Positions 13,765-27,714 of a DNA stretch of 64,000 nt are shown here, piece after piece. Every line of letters begins with the position of its first letter. The first letter of the stretch is position 1. The DNA comes from Azolla caroliniana. Lineage: Eukaryota; Plantae; Polypodiophyta. The stretch spans positions 4,526,001 to 4,590,000 of the forward strand of contig JBHGNT010000012.1 in NCBI GenBank assembly GCA_043228905.1. The letters run 5' to 3'. The notes below the pieces were generated by a model that had not been told where the DNA came from, did not search any database, and saw only the letters and a list, made by a program, of their open reading frames with translations. The translations under genes and the position numbers were made by a program.

Positions 13765-16700
13765 TGTTGGCATAAAAGGCCGACTCCTTCCACTTTGTAT
13801 CCTAGTGTGAACTCGTTCACATAGTTAGGGCTTAGTATATAAGCAACAACCTAATCTTCTTGATCAATTATCGGATATTGAGTCTCTGAGTGTGAGAGGC
13901 AAAGAACGTAATAGAGCTTCCATTAAAGCTTCAATCTGTGTATATCTTTGCTTCTTTTGCTGTGTTGTTTTCTGAGTACGAATTGAGACAGATCCTTATA
14001 CATTTTCGCATACACTTACACAACAACTAGTATCAGAGTGATCTGCTACTCGACGACAACAGACAACAGAAAAGGCTAAAAAGAAAAGACCAAGTTAGTA
14101 AATCTCACTTCCGAAAGAATCATGGCATCAACATCCGGTACAGGAGTTGAGATCCAAAAATTCGACGGCAAAAACGTTGCCCTATGCAAAGAGATGATGC
14201 AGGAAGTCCTGATTATTCGAAGACAGGTCGAGGCCATTTCAACACTCAAAAAATCCGGTACAGGAGTTGAGATCCAAAAATTCAGCCAATGAGTGGAGAT
14301 CAATGGACGAAATCACATACTCCACCATTCGAATGCACCTAGCTGAAAACGTCTACTTCACCATGGCGAAAGAGATGACAATGTTCTCATTGTGGGAAAA
14401 GTCACAAGCCATGTACGAGAAAAAGTCCTCATCTTCAAAATTGATATTGATCAAACAATTGTTCAACATGAAGATTAGAGAGATCGATCCGTCTACCACC
14501 CACATCAACACCTTCACCCGGGTGTTGTCAGAACTCTCTTCACAAGGGATCAACTTTGAGGAAGAAGTGAAAGCCCTTGCCCTCCTATCGACCTTGCCGG
14601 TGAGTTGGGAAGTATTCTGTATGACATATGCCAATAGTCACACGATCCTAAACTTGGATGAGACGATTGACCAACTCCTCACCGAGGACATTCGGCAAAA
14701 ATCGATGGGACTTACCATCGATGAATCAGTAGAAGCCCATCACTCAACCGAGTCGTTCGATCGATAGAGTCATACGAGACAACAAGCCGACAGAACCAGT
14801 CGGAATACCAACTGATTAAAATCGAGGGGAGACCGACAACGGTTAAAGTCGAGAGTGGGCCGATGAAGCGAATTCTGCACACACTGCAGAAAAGCTGGCC
14901 ACAATGTTTCCAACTGCTGGTCGATCAAGAGAAAAGAGAGTGGTCGGTGATTGGAGCGGAATTGAGAACGACCTGACTCGGACCACTCTCCTACAGGCAA
15001 CCAAATGAATGTTGCCAACACCCGCTCTGGAGAAATTCTCTCCTTAGAGGATTTAGTGATTGGAGAAGTCCTCTATATTGCACATGATGCACATACGTGG
15101 CTATTGGATTCCGGTGCCACAACACAGTCCGACTAGGCAACGAGCAGCCTGATCTGAAAAGGAGTTTGGTCTCCAAACGACTCTAACTGAGTTGGTATGG
15201 ATGATATACCGAGGAAACCTGAAGATAGGAGGCGAACACAAGTACGATAACTTGTACCCATTAATTGCAATCAATCTAGAAGGGGTCGTGAACGTAGTCA
15301 AAAAGACCAACCCAAAGCTATGGCCTGGCCGACTCGGCCATATGTCTTAAACCAGACTCGATTGGCATATGGCGGTCGGCTACATCCCTAAACTCCAAGC
15401 AAAGACAGACTTCTGCGAGCATTGTCAATACGGGAAATAGACCCAAAGTCTGCATGCTCTCCACTATGAGACAATATGACAACCCCTAAAGCTATCACGG
15501 ACACACTAAGCGCGGACTAGGATGGAGCACAAATGATGAGGCTATGAGCGACGGATGAACTTGGATCTTGATGTGATGAGGCTAGGAACTCTAGATGTTG
15601 TGAGCGACATGAGGGCTTGAAGACAAAAATAAAGATCAAGGAGACAAAGATAAGGTTACGAACGTGGAACTCGACGTGATGGGGATAGAAACTTGGGAAG
15701 TTGGGAGCGACGAGATGAGGAACTTAAGACGCTAGGAACAATACAAGAGCATAAAGACAGAGATGTAAATCAAGGAGAGAATATGGGATGAAACGAGAAT
15801 ACTAGATTGATGTGTCAATGACTGGTGTTGAATCCCTTGAAAGGGACCAAGAAGGTTACAAGTATTTATACTGTGAGTTGAAGTACATGCATTAGAATGT
15901 TCTTGAGAATATTTTGGAGAATATTCTAGAACCCTCTAGAACCTTCTAGTTCTAGAACTTTCTAAAAACTCTTAGAACATGAATAGATAATCTATGAAGA
16001 TATACATAACATGATTATATACTTGGATGTGTTGGGTACAATGTAATTCTTGACTATAATACAAGAGGTCAAGAGTTCAAATCTTGACATAAATGTTGTC
16101 ATGCCTGTAACAAAAGCTCGTGCACACTGATATATGTGGGCCCACGCCAGAGTGATCACTAGGAGGCTCCCGATACTTCATCACCTTTGTATATGACTAT
16201 ACACTGAAGCTCTAGGCCTACTCGATTAGGTCCAAAGACGACGCGCTCAAGGTCTTCACTCGGTGGATATCTAAAGTGGAGAATCGGTCGGGACACAGAG
16301 TGAAGACACTTAGATCCGACAATGGAGGTGAGTACACCTCTAGAGCCTTGAAATAGTACCTGTCCAACAAAGGGATCCGGCATCAAAAGTCCGTTCCTTA
16401 CACACCCATGCATAATGGAGTGGTAGAACGGATCAACTGAACGATCCAGGAGACGGTGACGGAAATGCTCTAGAAAGCAGGACTAAAGCTAGAATTCTGG
16501 GCATAAGCTTTGCAGACAACAATATACCTGATAAATTTGGTGTCATCAAAGAGCAATCAAGCTCGAAGTGCCACAGGCACTATGGTCAGGGAAACAACCC
16601 ACCTATGATAGGCTCTGTGTATTCGGATGCAAAGCCTACGCATTCATCCCCAGGGATAAAAGGACAAAATTGGCACCCCATGCAACGAAATGCATATTTC

Positions 16701-17512
16701 TTGGTTTTGGAACCGATGGGGAATTCGGTTACAGGCTATGGGGCCATGATAACCGGAAACTGATCCAAAGCTGTGACGTAGTCTTCAATGAAGACTCTAT
16801 ATTCCCTCACCGGAACCAGAAGGTGTCCTTCGAAGAAGACAGAGTTGTCATAGAAGAACCATCCCACCCAACCGAATCAGAGATTTGACAAATAGTCGAA
16901 CTCGATAAAGCCAACAATATACCTGTCAACTCCGAATTGACAGCAGGTCCACTAGTCGAACTCGAAGACAAAGCCATCAAAGACAGAGCCGATTCGACAA
17001 GAGTCGAACAAGGCAAAGTCAACAAGATGGGAGTAGGAAATAGATCCGAGTCGACACAGTCTAGAGGGGAGGACAATGTGACACCACTGAAATCCCGACT
17101 TGGAGGAGGGTCACCTAACAAGACTCCTGACACAAATGGTTCCACAAATACCGATCGCCCAATCGAGTCAATCGAAGAATCCAAACCACTTATCTCAGCA
17201 CCTAGGAGATCTGGACAAGCTCGAAGGCCAACAGAGTTTGTTGGCATAAAAGGTCGACTCCTTCCACTTTGTATCCTAGTGTGAACTCTTCCACATAGTT
17301 AGGGTTTAGTATATAAGCAACAACCTAACGTTGTAAAAATATCTTCTTGATCAATTATCGGATATCGAGTATCTGAGTGTGAGAGACAGAGAACGTAATA
17401 GAGCTTCCCTTAAAGCTTCAATATGTGTATAGCTTTGCTTCTCTTTCTGTGTTGTTTTCAGAGTACGAACTAAGATAGATCCTCATATATTTCCGCATAC
17501 ACTTACGCAACA
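13765..17512 (+). mobile_element. Copia element with both LTRs (13765-14025, 17239-17512) and gag-protease-integrase, but no RT/RNase H
   Basis: Matching TGTTGGCATAAAAGG...CAACA LTRs, TSD CCTCT/CCTCC, Met-PBS-like TAGTATCAGAG at 14028. Gag (UBN2-like), WLLDSGA, integrase and KCIFLGFG motifs. Confidence 0.9.
15493..16112. repeat. Solo LTR inserted in the copia integrase
   Basis: TSD AAAGC at 15488-15492 and 16113-16117, ends TGTAACA. Removing it restores PLKLVHTDICGP. Its 3' end resembles the solo LTR at 57425. Confidence 0.85.
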
Positions 17513-17594
17513 CCTCCTTCCTACCACAATTACCTTGATCCGGTTACTCGGAAATAGTAACCGAGAGTGCATCGTCTACAAAACAGAGGTAACA

Positions 17595-17935
17595 CAATTT
17601 GGCACGCCTGATTCTAGCTGTGATTACATAGCAAACAACCGAATGAGGAAGACCTAATCGTAGAAATGACACTCCCTAGGGGACTACGCACTCGAACAGA
17701 GTCACGATGTGTAGAACAAGAAGAGAGTGTTACCGAATCCGCACTCACTAAACAACCTCACTTAGAATCGGAAGCTCAATCATCAATGCTTCTCGATATA
17801 GTATCGACCAACAGTAGTAGTTTCGAGGTTGAACACCCTGAAGACAACCTCCCACCTTGGGAGGTATTGGAGGGTTCAAAATTAGACATAATGATGTACC
17901 CCTATCTGCGATACAACAAGGAAGCTGATGTTAGG
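17595..17935 (+). mobile_element. Gypsy PBS plus gag N-terminal remnant
   Basis: GGTAACA-CAATT-TGGCACGCC followed by an ORF ending MMYPYLRYNKEADV, similar to MPFQYSKYRDDPDAE in the 29139 gag. Confidence 0.5.
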
Positions 17936-19508
17936 TGTAAAGACCCGTAGTTCACAAATTAAGTAATTATTCGTATATGTGAACACATTGTTCACCTGGA
18001 CAGGATACCTCCTTTTGTAATGTGAACACAACTCTTTCTTTGTAGGGTTAACTAATATAATAACCTTTTTTTCTTGTGTACCAATCAAGGCGATTGGGTA
18101 AACCAAAAATCTATGTGTCTCTACTCTCATCTCTACTACTCTTTGTTTGCTGAATGTCATCCCTCAATAGTTGCTCCCTCAAACATCCCTCTTTACCTTT
18201 AACTTATATTAGAGCCAAATCTCTTTCCTCTGCTTTGCTGTTTTTTTAGATTCAGAATCAACAGAAAACACTCCAGTTTTTCTTTCAATTCTGTCAAACC
18301 CTTTCCTATCGGTATTCTACTCAATTTCTGAATAAATTTGTCATAAATCTTGGGAGCAATGGCGTCCACTTCAACTGAAGTGAAAAACCTCTTGAAATCA
18401 AGAGATTTTATGGAAAAGGTTTTGAATTGTGGAAAGAGCGTCTGCTGGGCATCCTCTTTTTGAGATATCGTGAAGATGCTCTCGTGGAAAAGAAACCAGA
18501 GAGCATGGAAAATGATGCTTGGAACACTCTGAATAAGAAAGTCATTACATATATTAAAATGTTTGTTTCTGATGAGATTCTTGTAGATATAAAGGGCTTG
18601 ATTATTGCCCATCAAGTTTGGGAGAAACTTAAGACAACTTGCGAGAATACAACTCCTGTGATGAGAAAACTTGTCAGTATGAGGCTTGATGAGTCGAAAG
18701 GTGCAACGGAGCATCTATCGTTATTCATAGGTACTCTATCTCAACTACAAGATTCAACATTACCAACTTTTGATGACAAGCTCAAAGCTATCTTCTTACT
18801 TATGAATTTACATGATACTTGGGAAACATTAGTTGTTTTACTGCCTAATAGCCCCAACTTGACCTTCGATGGTGTGTGAGGCTCTATTCTCAATGAAGAG
18901 ATTAGAAGACAATCTAGTGGAGAAGGTAGTGGTTCAACATACAATATTAGGCGGAGATATGATAATAGGAACCCAAATGTAGGACAAAGAAATAGAAGTA
19001 AGAGTAGAAGGAAAGGAAAGCAACAAGATATCACATGGTATCAATGTGGCCATAAAGGTCATAAGAAACCTAATTGTAGATATTTGAAGATGGAACTAGA
19101 AAGGAAGAAGAGTGTAGGAGAGAAGAAAAATAAAGATGATAAATTTAATACAACAGAGAAAGCTAATATGGCGTCAAATGTTATCATTGGAGACCCATTT
19201 GGTGAAGATGGTGATGTACTTTGTATTTTAGGTGATGCCTTCATAGCTCATGTTCAAGACATGAAAATCACCAAAACAGATGTTATTGATGCTTTATTTT
19301 CAATTGATGATGGATTGACACAAACATGGATAGTAGACTCTGGGGCTTCTTTTCATGTTACTCCATGTTTGGAGCGCTTTACCACATTTGATGCAGGCAG
19401 TTATGGAAAAGTTTATCTTGGTAACAATAGTGATGGTATTGGCACCATACACTTGTCTTTGGATAATGGTCAGGAGTTTGTGCTCAAAGATGCCAGGTAT
19501 GTACCTAG

Positions 19509-22295
19509 TGTTTATGGGTGGGGGGTGGAGCCGATCTCGGCTCCATCCCCCCCCCCCCCCCCCAAGGGATTTTGAATGTGAGAGAGGAGAGAGGGAGAGA
19601 TGCAGAGAGAGAGAGAGAGAGAGAAACGGTTTGAGGGTAACTTCAATATATTTCTCTTCTTTTTTAATACCCCATGGGTGGGGTTTAAATAGAATAAGAT
19701 CTAATCATTACAAAAGCCGAATGGACGTAGGTACACCTACTTACCCCACCTAACACTCACACATTCACATTTCATATTACACCTTACACACCACCTTCCA
19801 CATTACACCTAACCCTCCCGTACACCTATGCGGGTAACACCTGGCACGCCCGTGGGACAGTGCATTCCACGTCGATCCCACAAAGCCCATGCCAAAAATG
19901 GATTGACCGGAAACTCCATCGGTCTTCTCTCGACGGTCGGAAATCCCTCGACCGGATTATTGCTCTACGATCGATAACTTCGATCGGAGCTGGCTTGACA
20001 TGAACCTTCTCGTTCGGTCAGCATATTGCACGATTGGATCACACACCAATCGGCTTTTCGATTGTGGTAAGGTTGTTGAGGGTTAAAAAAGATTGTAGGT
20101 TTATGTGTATACATATATATATTTCTACATTAGTGTGAGTGGTGTTGACTTTTTTTTGTACCATTGAGTTTTTGAAATTCTATTTCGCACCCCTCAAATG
20201 TTTTTTGAAATTCTAGTGAGTACCCTTAAGTTGGGGGAATTCTATCAGCTTCCCTTGAGTTCTTGAAATTTGATTCTGTGTACCCCTCTGTTTTAGGTTT
20301 CCTTTTTGTTTTTCTTGTCAGGAATACACGCTCCCTTTGAACAACGCTCGGCCACAACCGAGCCTAGAATCAAACACAGAAAACGGGTAATGAACGCACG
20401 ACACAGTGAAGAGAAGAGTACACAGGATGTTAACGTGGGAAACCCAAACTAGGGAAAAACCACGGCAGCCCACAGACTGCAAACTATCACTATATCACAA
20501 TGTACAATAGTAAAGCACCGAGGCAACGACCTCAAGCTTGCTATCTTCGCCACAGGCGGCGGTTACAACAGAGGCAACGACCTCTTCCTCTCTCTCTCTC
20601 TCTCTCACACTCTGTACACAGTTACGCACTCAAATCTTGCACCAACAAGAATTAATTACTATTATGTTTGCCCTAAGTCATATTTATGCTAATATGACTT
20701 TTCGGCTATTTACAAATATAGCCCCAATGGACTCTCAAAAACATATTTACGAATATGTCCCTTCATCCGGTGAGCACTCCTCACTGGGCCTGCATCATCC
20801 GGCTGTTGCCGGGTACTCCACATCCGGTTCTCACCGGGTCTTCCGTTGCCGGGTACTCGTCATCCGGTTCTCACCGGGTCTTCCTTGCCGGGTACACCAA
20901 ATCCGGTTTCTTCTCAACAACACTGTTCTTCTCACTTCCCATCCGGAGGGACCTATTTCCTAACATTTCTTTCTTTTCTCTTGCTTTCTTTTTCATCTAC
21001 TTATCTCTTTCATCTTCTTCTGTCATTTTTTCTGTTCTTCTTCTTCCTTTCTTTTTGTTTATTTCTCTCTATGTCGTCGTTGTCATTATCTTTTTCTTCA
21101 TCTCTTTCTCGCAGGGGAGAAAAGCGGCCTTCCTTCTCCTTCTATCTTGATTTTTTGGGGGGGAGGGGTGATCTGTCTCTTGGCCGATGCTCGGTCGGCC
21201 GGCTTTGTCCGCTTGTTGTCTTTGTCTGTCTGTCGTGTCTGTCCGGTGGCAGCCGAATCGTCGCTTGGCCGTTTCTAGACAGTCTCGTGGCAATCATTCG
21301 GCCGCGTCTCGGCCATGACTTGGCTCGTGTTCAATTTTTTGGCCATGTCTTGGTCGTCATTCGGTTGTCACTAGGACATGTCTCTATCCGGTCAGCTCTC
21401 TATTCTGTTGTCACTCGGCCGATTGTCTCTTCACCGATTGTTCTTGGCCACATCTCTTGGCCATCTCTTAGTCGTCTCGCAACCGTCCATCGGCTAGCGC
21501 TTGTTCGACTGGGTCTCGGTGGGTTCTCGGCCATGTCTCTTGGCCATGTCTCAGTCGTCTTGCAACCGTCCCTCGGCTAGCGCTTGTTCAACTGGCTCTT
21601 GATGGGTTCTCGACCCTCTTGCGCGGCTGTGTCTTGGCCATAACTCAGTCGCTTCTTGGGTGTGACATACTCTTAGCCGTGCTGTACTCTCGGCCCTTTC
21701 TCAGCCATGCCGTACTCTCGGCCCTTCCTCGGTCGTCCCGTACTCTCGGCCCTTTCTCGGCCGTGCTGCACTCTCGGCCCTCTCTCCGCCGTGGCTAGAC
21801 CATCTTGTGGATGTTGCTCGACTTCTCGACCGATTCTCTAGTTGACGGCTACTTTCTCGGTCGTCCTTGGGCCGAATCTTGGCTTCTCGGTCGTTGTTGG
21901 GTTTATTTGTGACCGTTTTTGTTTCTCGTTGATTGTCGGATGTTGATCGTCTTCATCCAGTGATTGCCGAACCATCTGTAGGGCCAACCCTATCTGGTTG
22001 GCTATCTCGGCCGAACTCTCTAGTTGTCTCAGTTGGCTCGAGCTCTTCTCAACTACTTTCCAAGCCGTCTCTCAGCCAACACTTGGTTGGTCGGTGCTCG
22101 GATTACATTTCTGTTTTGTTCGCTTTCTCTTTTGCTTCCTCATATTCTTCCAACATGCTCCCAACTGCATTTTCCGTGAGTTGGAAAAGAACATAATAAT
22201 TCCTCTTCATGACTTCCACGTGTCCATGACGATTCACTCCCATGACTGTGTCTAGCTTCTTTTTGAAAGCCTCTCATACACCTATACGGGTAACA
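19509..22295 (+). mobile_element. Deleted gypsy (Tat-like PBS) element: LTR 19509-19838, PBS TGGCACGCCCGTGGGAC, non-coding interior, only the last ~26 bp of the second LTR
   Basis: TSD CCTAG/CCTAA; removing it restores copia DARYVP|NIKKSLLSIG. Both ends finish CCTAT[G/A]CGGGTAACA. Confidence 0.75.
20316..20965 (-). repeat. Solo LTR (3916 family)
   Basis: TG...CA termini with perfect TSD TTTCT at 20311-20315 and 20966-20970. Confidence 0.88.
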
Positions 22296-24228
22296 CCTAA
22301 CATTAAGAAAAGTTTGCTATCTATAGGATAGATGGATTTGCATGGTTACACCATATTGTTCGTTGGTGGATTGTGGAAACTTAAGAAAGGATCTATGGTT
22401 ATTGTGAAAGGTTGCAAAAAGGGCACTCTCTACTATTTCCAATGTAAAGCTTTACCTGGAAGGTTTCTTGTGATTGTTGAATTTGACTCTCCTTTAGAGC
22501 TTTGGCATAAGAGATTAGGACATATGAGCCAAAAAGGACTTGAAGTCTTTTCTACTCTAAAAAGATTTGATGTTAAAGGATCAAAGCTAATTTTTTGTAA
22601 TGATTGTCTATTTGACAAACAAGTGAGAAATTCTTATTATTTCGGTGTCTTTTGTAAACCAAATGTGCTAGATTTGGTGCATTCTGATGTATGTGGCATG
22701 CCTGTAAAATCTTTGGGCAGTGTTGCATATTTTATTTCCTTTATCGATGATTATTCTAGGAAGATTTGGGTGTACTTGATGAAAAGAAAAGGTGATGCAT
22801 TTGATGCATTTAAATCTTTTCATGCATTTGTGACTACCCAAAAAGGGACAAAACTGAAATGTCTTAGAACAGATAATGGGGGTGAGTTTACATTTGCAGA
22901 ATTTAAGTTCTTTTGTGACTTACATGGTATTAAAAGAGAGCTTACAACTCCATATAATCCTTCATCAAATGGATTGGGAGAAAGGTATAATAGGACCTTG
23001 TGTGAGCGAGTACGGTGCATGTTGTCCACAACTAATCTCCCTCATGAATTTTGGGGAGAAGCATTAAAAACCGTGGTTCATATATGTAATCGTTCTCCCA
23101 ACAAGTCCTTAAAGAATGGAATCCCTAAGGAGGTTTGGTTTGGCAAACCAACCTCATATTACCATTTACGAATTTTCGGTTGTGATGCATTTGTACACAT
23201 TAGAAGTGAGTTGAGAAACAAGCTCAATGCTAAGTCCACCATGGGCATTTTTATGGGCTATGGTGATGAAGGTGAAATGGGCTATAGGATTTGGTTACCT
23301 CAGTCTAGAAAAATTGTGCGCAGTCGAGATGTTGTTTTTAATGAAGAAAAATTGTTGAAAAATGCTTGTTCCTCTGTTGAGAACTCTAAGAGCGTTACAT
23401 TTCAACAATTATAGCCATCCACAAAATCTGAAAATACACCTCATGATGCTATACCAAAGGTTGAATATGATGATCAACCGGTTATCTTTGAGCCAGAAGA
23501 AGTTGGAACACAAAGAGATGCTCATGAAGGTGTTGGACAACAAGATGAAGGTACTGAACAACAAAATATAGATGTTGAATGACATGCTAGAGATGGGTTG
23601 CAACAACCAGAAAGCGTTGGAACCGATTTTCCTCCAGATTTAGAACCAATCCTAGTAAATATTAATCATTGGGTATGTAGGTCTAATCGTTTAAGGAGGA
23701 AAGTATATAGATATTGACCCACTTTGCATTATGTCATGTTGTCAGATTAGGGTGAACCTCTTTCTTATAAGGAGGCAATGTCATGTGAACTTAGCAATAA
23801 GTGGGAGCTTGCAATGCAAGAAGAAATAAAATCTTTGTACGCAAATGATACTTGGGATCCTGTGTCCTTACCTAAAGGAAGGAAAGCTCTTCCGAATTAG
23901 TGGGTTTATAAAGTAAAGAAAATTGAAGGGAAACCAAAATACAAGGCAAGATTAGTTGCCAAGGGTTATGCACAGAAGGAAGGTATTGACTTCCAAGAGG
24001 TCTTCTCTCATGTTGGGAAGATGACCACACTTTGTGTGCTATTTGCTCTCACTGCAATGCTTAATTTGGAGTTGTACCAAATAGATGTAAAGATCTCTTT
24101 TTTGCATGGTGATATTGATGAAGAGATTTACATGATAATTTACGCATATTTCGAGTATTACAAACGACACTCTCTTACATTAGATACCAAAATATCATTG
24201 AGTGTAAAATTTACAAAAATCACTCGTA

Positions 24229-26972
24229 TCATGATCCAAAGTCGCTACTATAACTAATATACAATGCATATTGTTCCTCGTCATCTTCGGATGTACCTAT
24301 TAAGACATTGTCTTCATCTAAAACTAGATGTCGACATTCCATGTTATGTATAGACAACCTTGTTTGCCTTCGACATGAGACCCCTTGTAGAATAGGTAAT
24401 TTTTCCTTGATAATATCTATTGTAGACTTGCTGAAACGTCCAACTTTTGTTAGTGTGAAGTCGTAAACAATAATATCTACGTCACCAATGTCTAGGCATG
24501 AAGTGCTACAAATATTTCTTTTCCTCTTTCTATTCCCCCTTGACCGTGGACATTCCATCATCTCTAAAGCATACTTGCTGGTAAAGGCATTTTTACTTTT
24601 AGTGTTGTACCAATGCACCTTTATAGACTGGATTTGGCTTTGGTTCTCATGCATCACCAGATCTAAAACCTTACCAATCCAAAATTGATGTCCCAGCTCA
24701 TTATCATCAGCAGGTGTAGCAATTAACATACCCACCTTCAATTCTTGCAAGTTCCCTTGCCACCTTGCTTCCGCTGTTTTTGTCAGCCTAGGTCCAACAT
24801 ATATGTCCCTTTGTGGTGGATGGACCAAGCTATCATTCATTGCATTAGGTGCAAGAGGAGAAGTCTAAGAATTACGACATTGTTGTATATTCCAGGTGAA
24901 GGGTATTTGCACGGTCCAAGTACTAAGGACACAATTGTCAACAATTTGTTCTTGATCTTTAAAGAACACATCCCACCATGATGTGTCTTGTTCCCCAACA
25001 TACGTCTTCGCATTGTCAATGTGCTTGCGTTTGTCTTGCAACGCTTGCATCCAAACATCCTTTGGATTATCAGCTAGTACATTGGTGACAACTTTCTTAG
25101 TCTCAATTGGCATTTGTCCTGCACCATAAACAAAAGTGGAAGGCATATGAAGTAGAAACTGACACCCGCCTTCAGGCTCCCATTGGGGGGAGGATGAATA
25201 CTGCTTGGCATATAATAATGTACAACCACTATGATCATTTTTATTTATTAAGAATACATGGTTGAAACTTATATTATTTAAGGGCACTAACACTTTGGCA
25301 TTTCGCTCACCGCCATCTAATATGTATCTCTTGAAATCATATATTTCCTTCAAGTGTTCCACGATTGGGCGTGGCGTATATGCATCACGAACGACTTAGG
25401 TAACGTAAAAGCATCATATCGTGATAACTGCCTAGAGAAGTTACTGAACATCTGATCGATATGGTCATGTGTGTGACCAACCAATAGAAAGTTAACTTTC
25501 ACTTTCCTAAAAATTCCTTGGTTCACTAGCATACTTAGATAACCAAACACCATAGAATTTTTGTTTTGCTGAGCAGTATTGTCTAGTTGAATATATAAAA
25601 CCGGCGGCAAAGACTGCCCCCAAGACATCAATACTTTTTGAATCACAATGACTATTAAATTTGGGTCATTATGGACATTTGGGTAGGTCACGAAGACATG
25701 AGGCTTCACACTTCCATTATAGGCTAAACAACCCACCAAGTGCATCTGCACGAGACAATCTTCGTTGACATCTTTAGGAAGACGTTTAAGATGAGGTAGA
25801 CACGTCTTCTTTTGGTCCATTCCATCAATCATTAAACACATGTACTTAGTTGGATTGTTTATCGACTTTTCCCTATGGTGCATAGCTCTTTTTCGCTCTA
25901 ATGCTTGGGCTTCTCGGTGATCTTGCAACAATTTCTTGTTTAGCTCCTTCTCTGTCGCTGTCTTTGCCCCTTTACACACGCTTTTTAGGTTTTCACATAT
26001 TGAACAATACCCCATACGTACTTTACGAGGTATAATAACATTACTAAAGTGCAATGTCCACAACCTTGTGAACTGACTGTAGGTGACATACTTGTCGCAA
26101 CAAGTTGACATTTCCAATCTATAGGAATCATAAACTTCTTGACGTGTATAATTGTCAGAGAGATGCAACCTACCGGTAGTTGGCATTATCTCACAATTGA
26201 ACTTGAAGTATGTATTCATCCAGCAAATCGCATTTCTACCTGATGCACCCTTCATACTTGGAAAATTATAAACTTCAATGGGATTGTTGCCATTTAAAAC
26301 TCTTTGTTGCACTCTATGTAATCCCATGTTGCTAACACAAAGTGCGATCTTGAATGCCACTCTACAACATTGTCGTGCCGTAAAAAGGTAATACTCGAAA
26401 GAGATCGAGATATCTGAGGCTTTGTCGAACACCATCTGTAAGTGTGTCATAAGATAGGTGTCTTGTTCATCACCATTGAGTGAAAAATAGTAACGTCTCA
26501 AAGACTGCAAATTTTGCTTTCCAATCATCGCCATACACCCACGAGCGCAACATGTCTTTTTAACATCTACGGTAAGTTGAGCCTCAGATGTCACTAAAGC
26601 AAATCTTTCTCGACTAATACGTCTTGAGACCCTTTTGAAAAATAAGGGGCTCACCGACTTATTGTCATCCTTAGCTGATATTGGTGTGTTCTCCTCTTGG
26701 CGCACATTTGTTCTCTATTGCTGGGTAGAAATACTTTCGGGACTTTGACAATCACCTACATTCTCACCCGAGTCCGCGTATGGGTCATACTCTTCAATTG
26801 AGAATTCAAGGCATCTTGTCTTATTGACTAGATTGTCGGAGATTATATACTCCTCAATGGAGAAATTAGAATCTTGAGACCAATGGTATTCTTCTACCGA
26901 AAACCCCAGAGAAGGTGAAGAATCCGATGACAGTTGATATTCCTCAACAGAAAAGGGTGAATTATTTCCCAT
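24229..26972 (-). pseudogene. Sola1/DUF7869-like DDE/D transposase, about 915 aa, intronless, with two in-frame TAG stops (26715, 24865) and one frameshift (~25392)
   Basis: Motifs CCARGC, CRVAF, CSICENL, LMIDGMDQ, LYIQLDNTAQQNKN and FLLVGHTHDHIDQMFS. The four ORF pieces join into one reading. Confidence 0.75.
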
Positions 26973-27714
26973 TGTTTGAGGTTCTAATATCCTTTATATT
27001 TCACTCCCTAAGCATACAAATTGTAAGACATACTTAAACTACAAATAGAATTCTAAGGAAGTATATATGTATTTTGTATATTTTATTATATAATTTTTTC
27101 TATATTTCTATTAGTTATAAATAAAAATTGATCACGTGTACATGTCACATAATTGCATAATACCACTATCCTCACCCAATTAGTGAATGTTCTCAAAATA
27201 AAAATCATTAGACTACCATAAATGTAGATAAGTATACTCAATCATAGGATTGACCTTGCACATGTATTAAATCATAATAAGTACTAGCTCATAATAGGTA
27301 CTAAATCATAATACACATAAGTATGAAATCATAACTACTAGATCATAATGATCATATTACACATAAAGTATAAAGATAATCATTATTTTATGATTATAAT
27401 AAATACGAATTCTAAGATAAATAACTAAAGGCACTATTGGCATTTAATTCTAACCGTGGTTACTTTTTTAACTATGGTCCCTTACCCTCCCATAAATAGA
27501 ACCAACCTCTCTTTTTCATTCCCCACAGTTGAGCGTAACCACTCCCTAGAGCGCCAAAGTATAGACGTGAGAACTCCCAAGATACCTCACGCATCCCCGA
27601 ACCGGCACGATCATCATGTCGAGCAAAAAGACTACCCGTTTTGACAGCAGGTAGGACCTAAACCCTAAACTGTACGGACATATGACCATTTACATGCTTT
27701 ATATTTCGTATTAG

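Larger units (their letters stand above)
17936..24134 (+). mobile_element. Degenerate copia element (LTR, gag, protease, integrase, start of RT), interrupted at 19509-22295 and truncated within RT
   Basis: Gag FELWKERLLGIL, zinc knuckle, WIVDSGASFH, integrase ORF 22332-23414 (FIDDYSRK, LRTDNGGEF, NGLGERYNRTL). RT reads FLHGDIDEEIYM and then stops abruptly. Confidence 0.9.
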
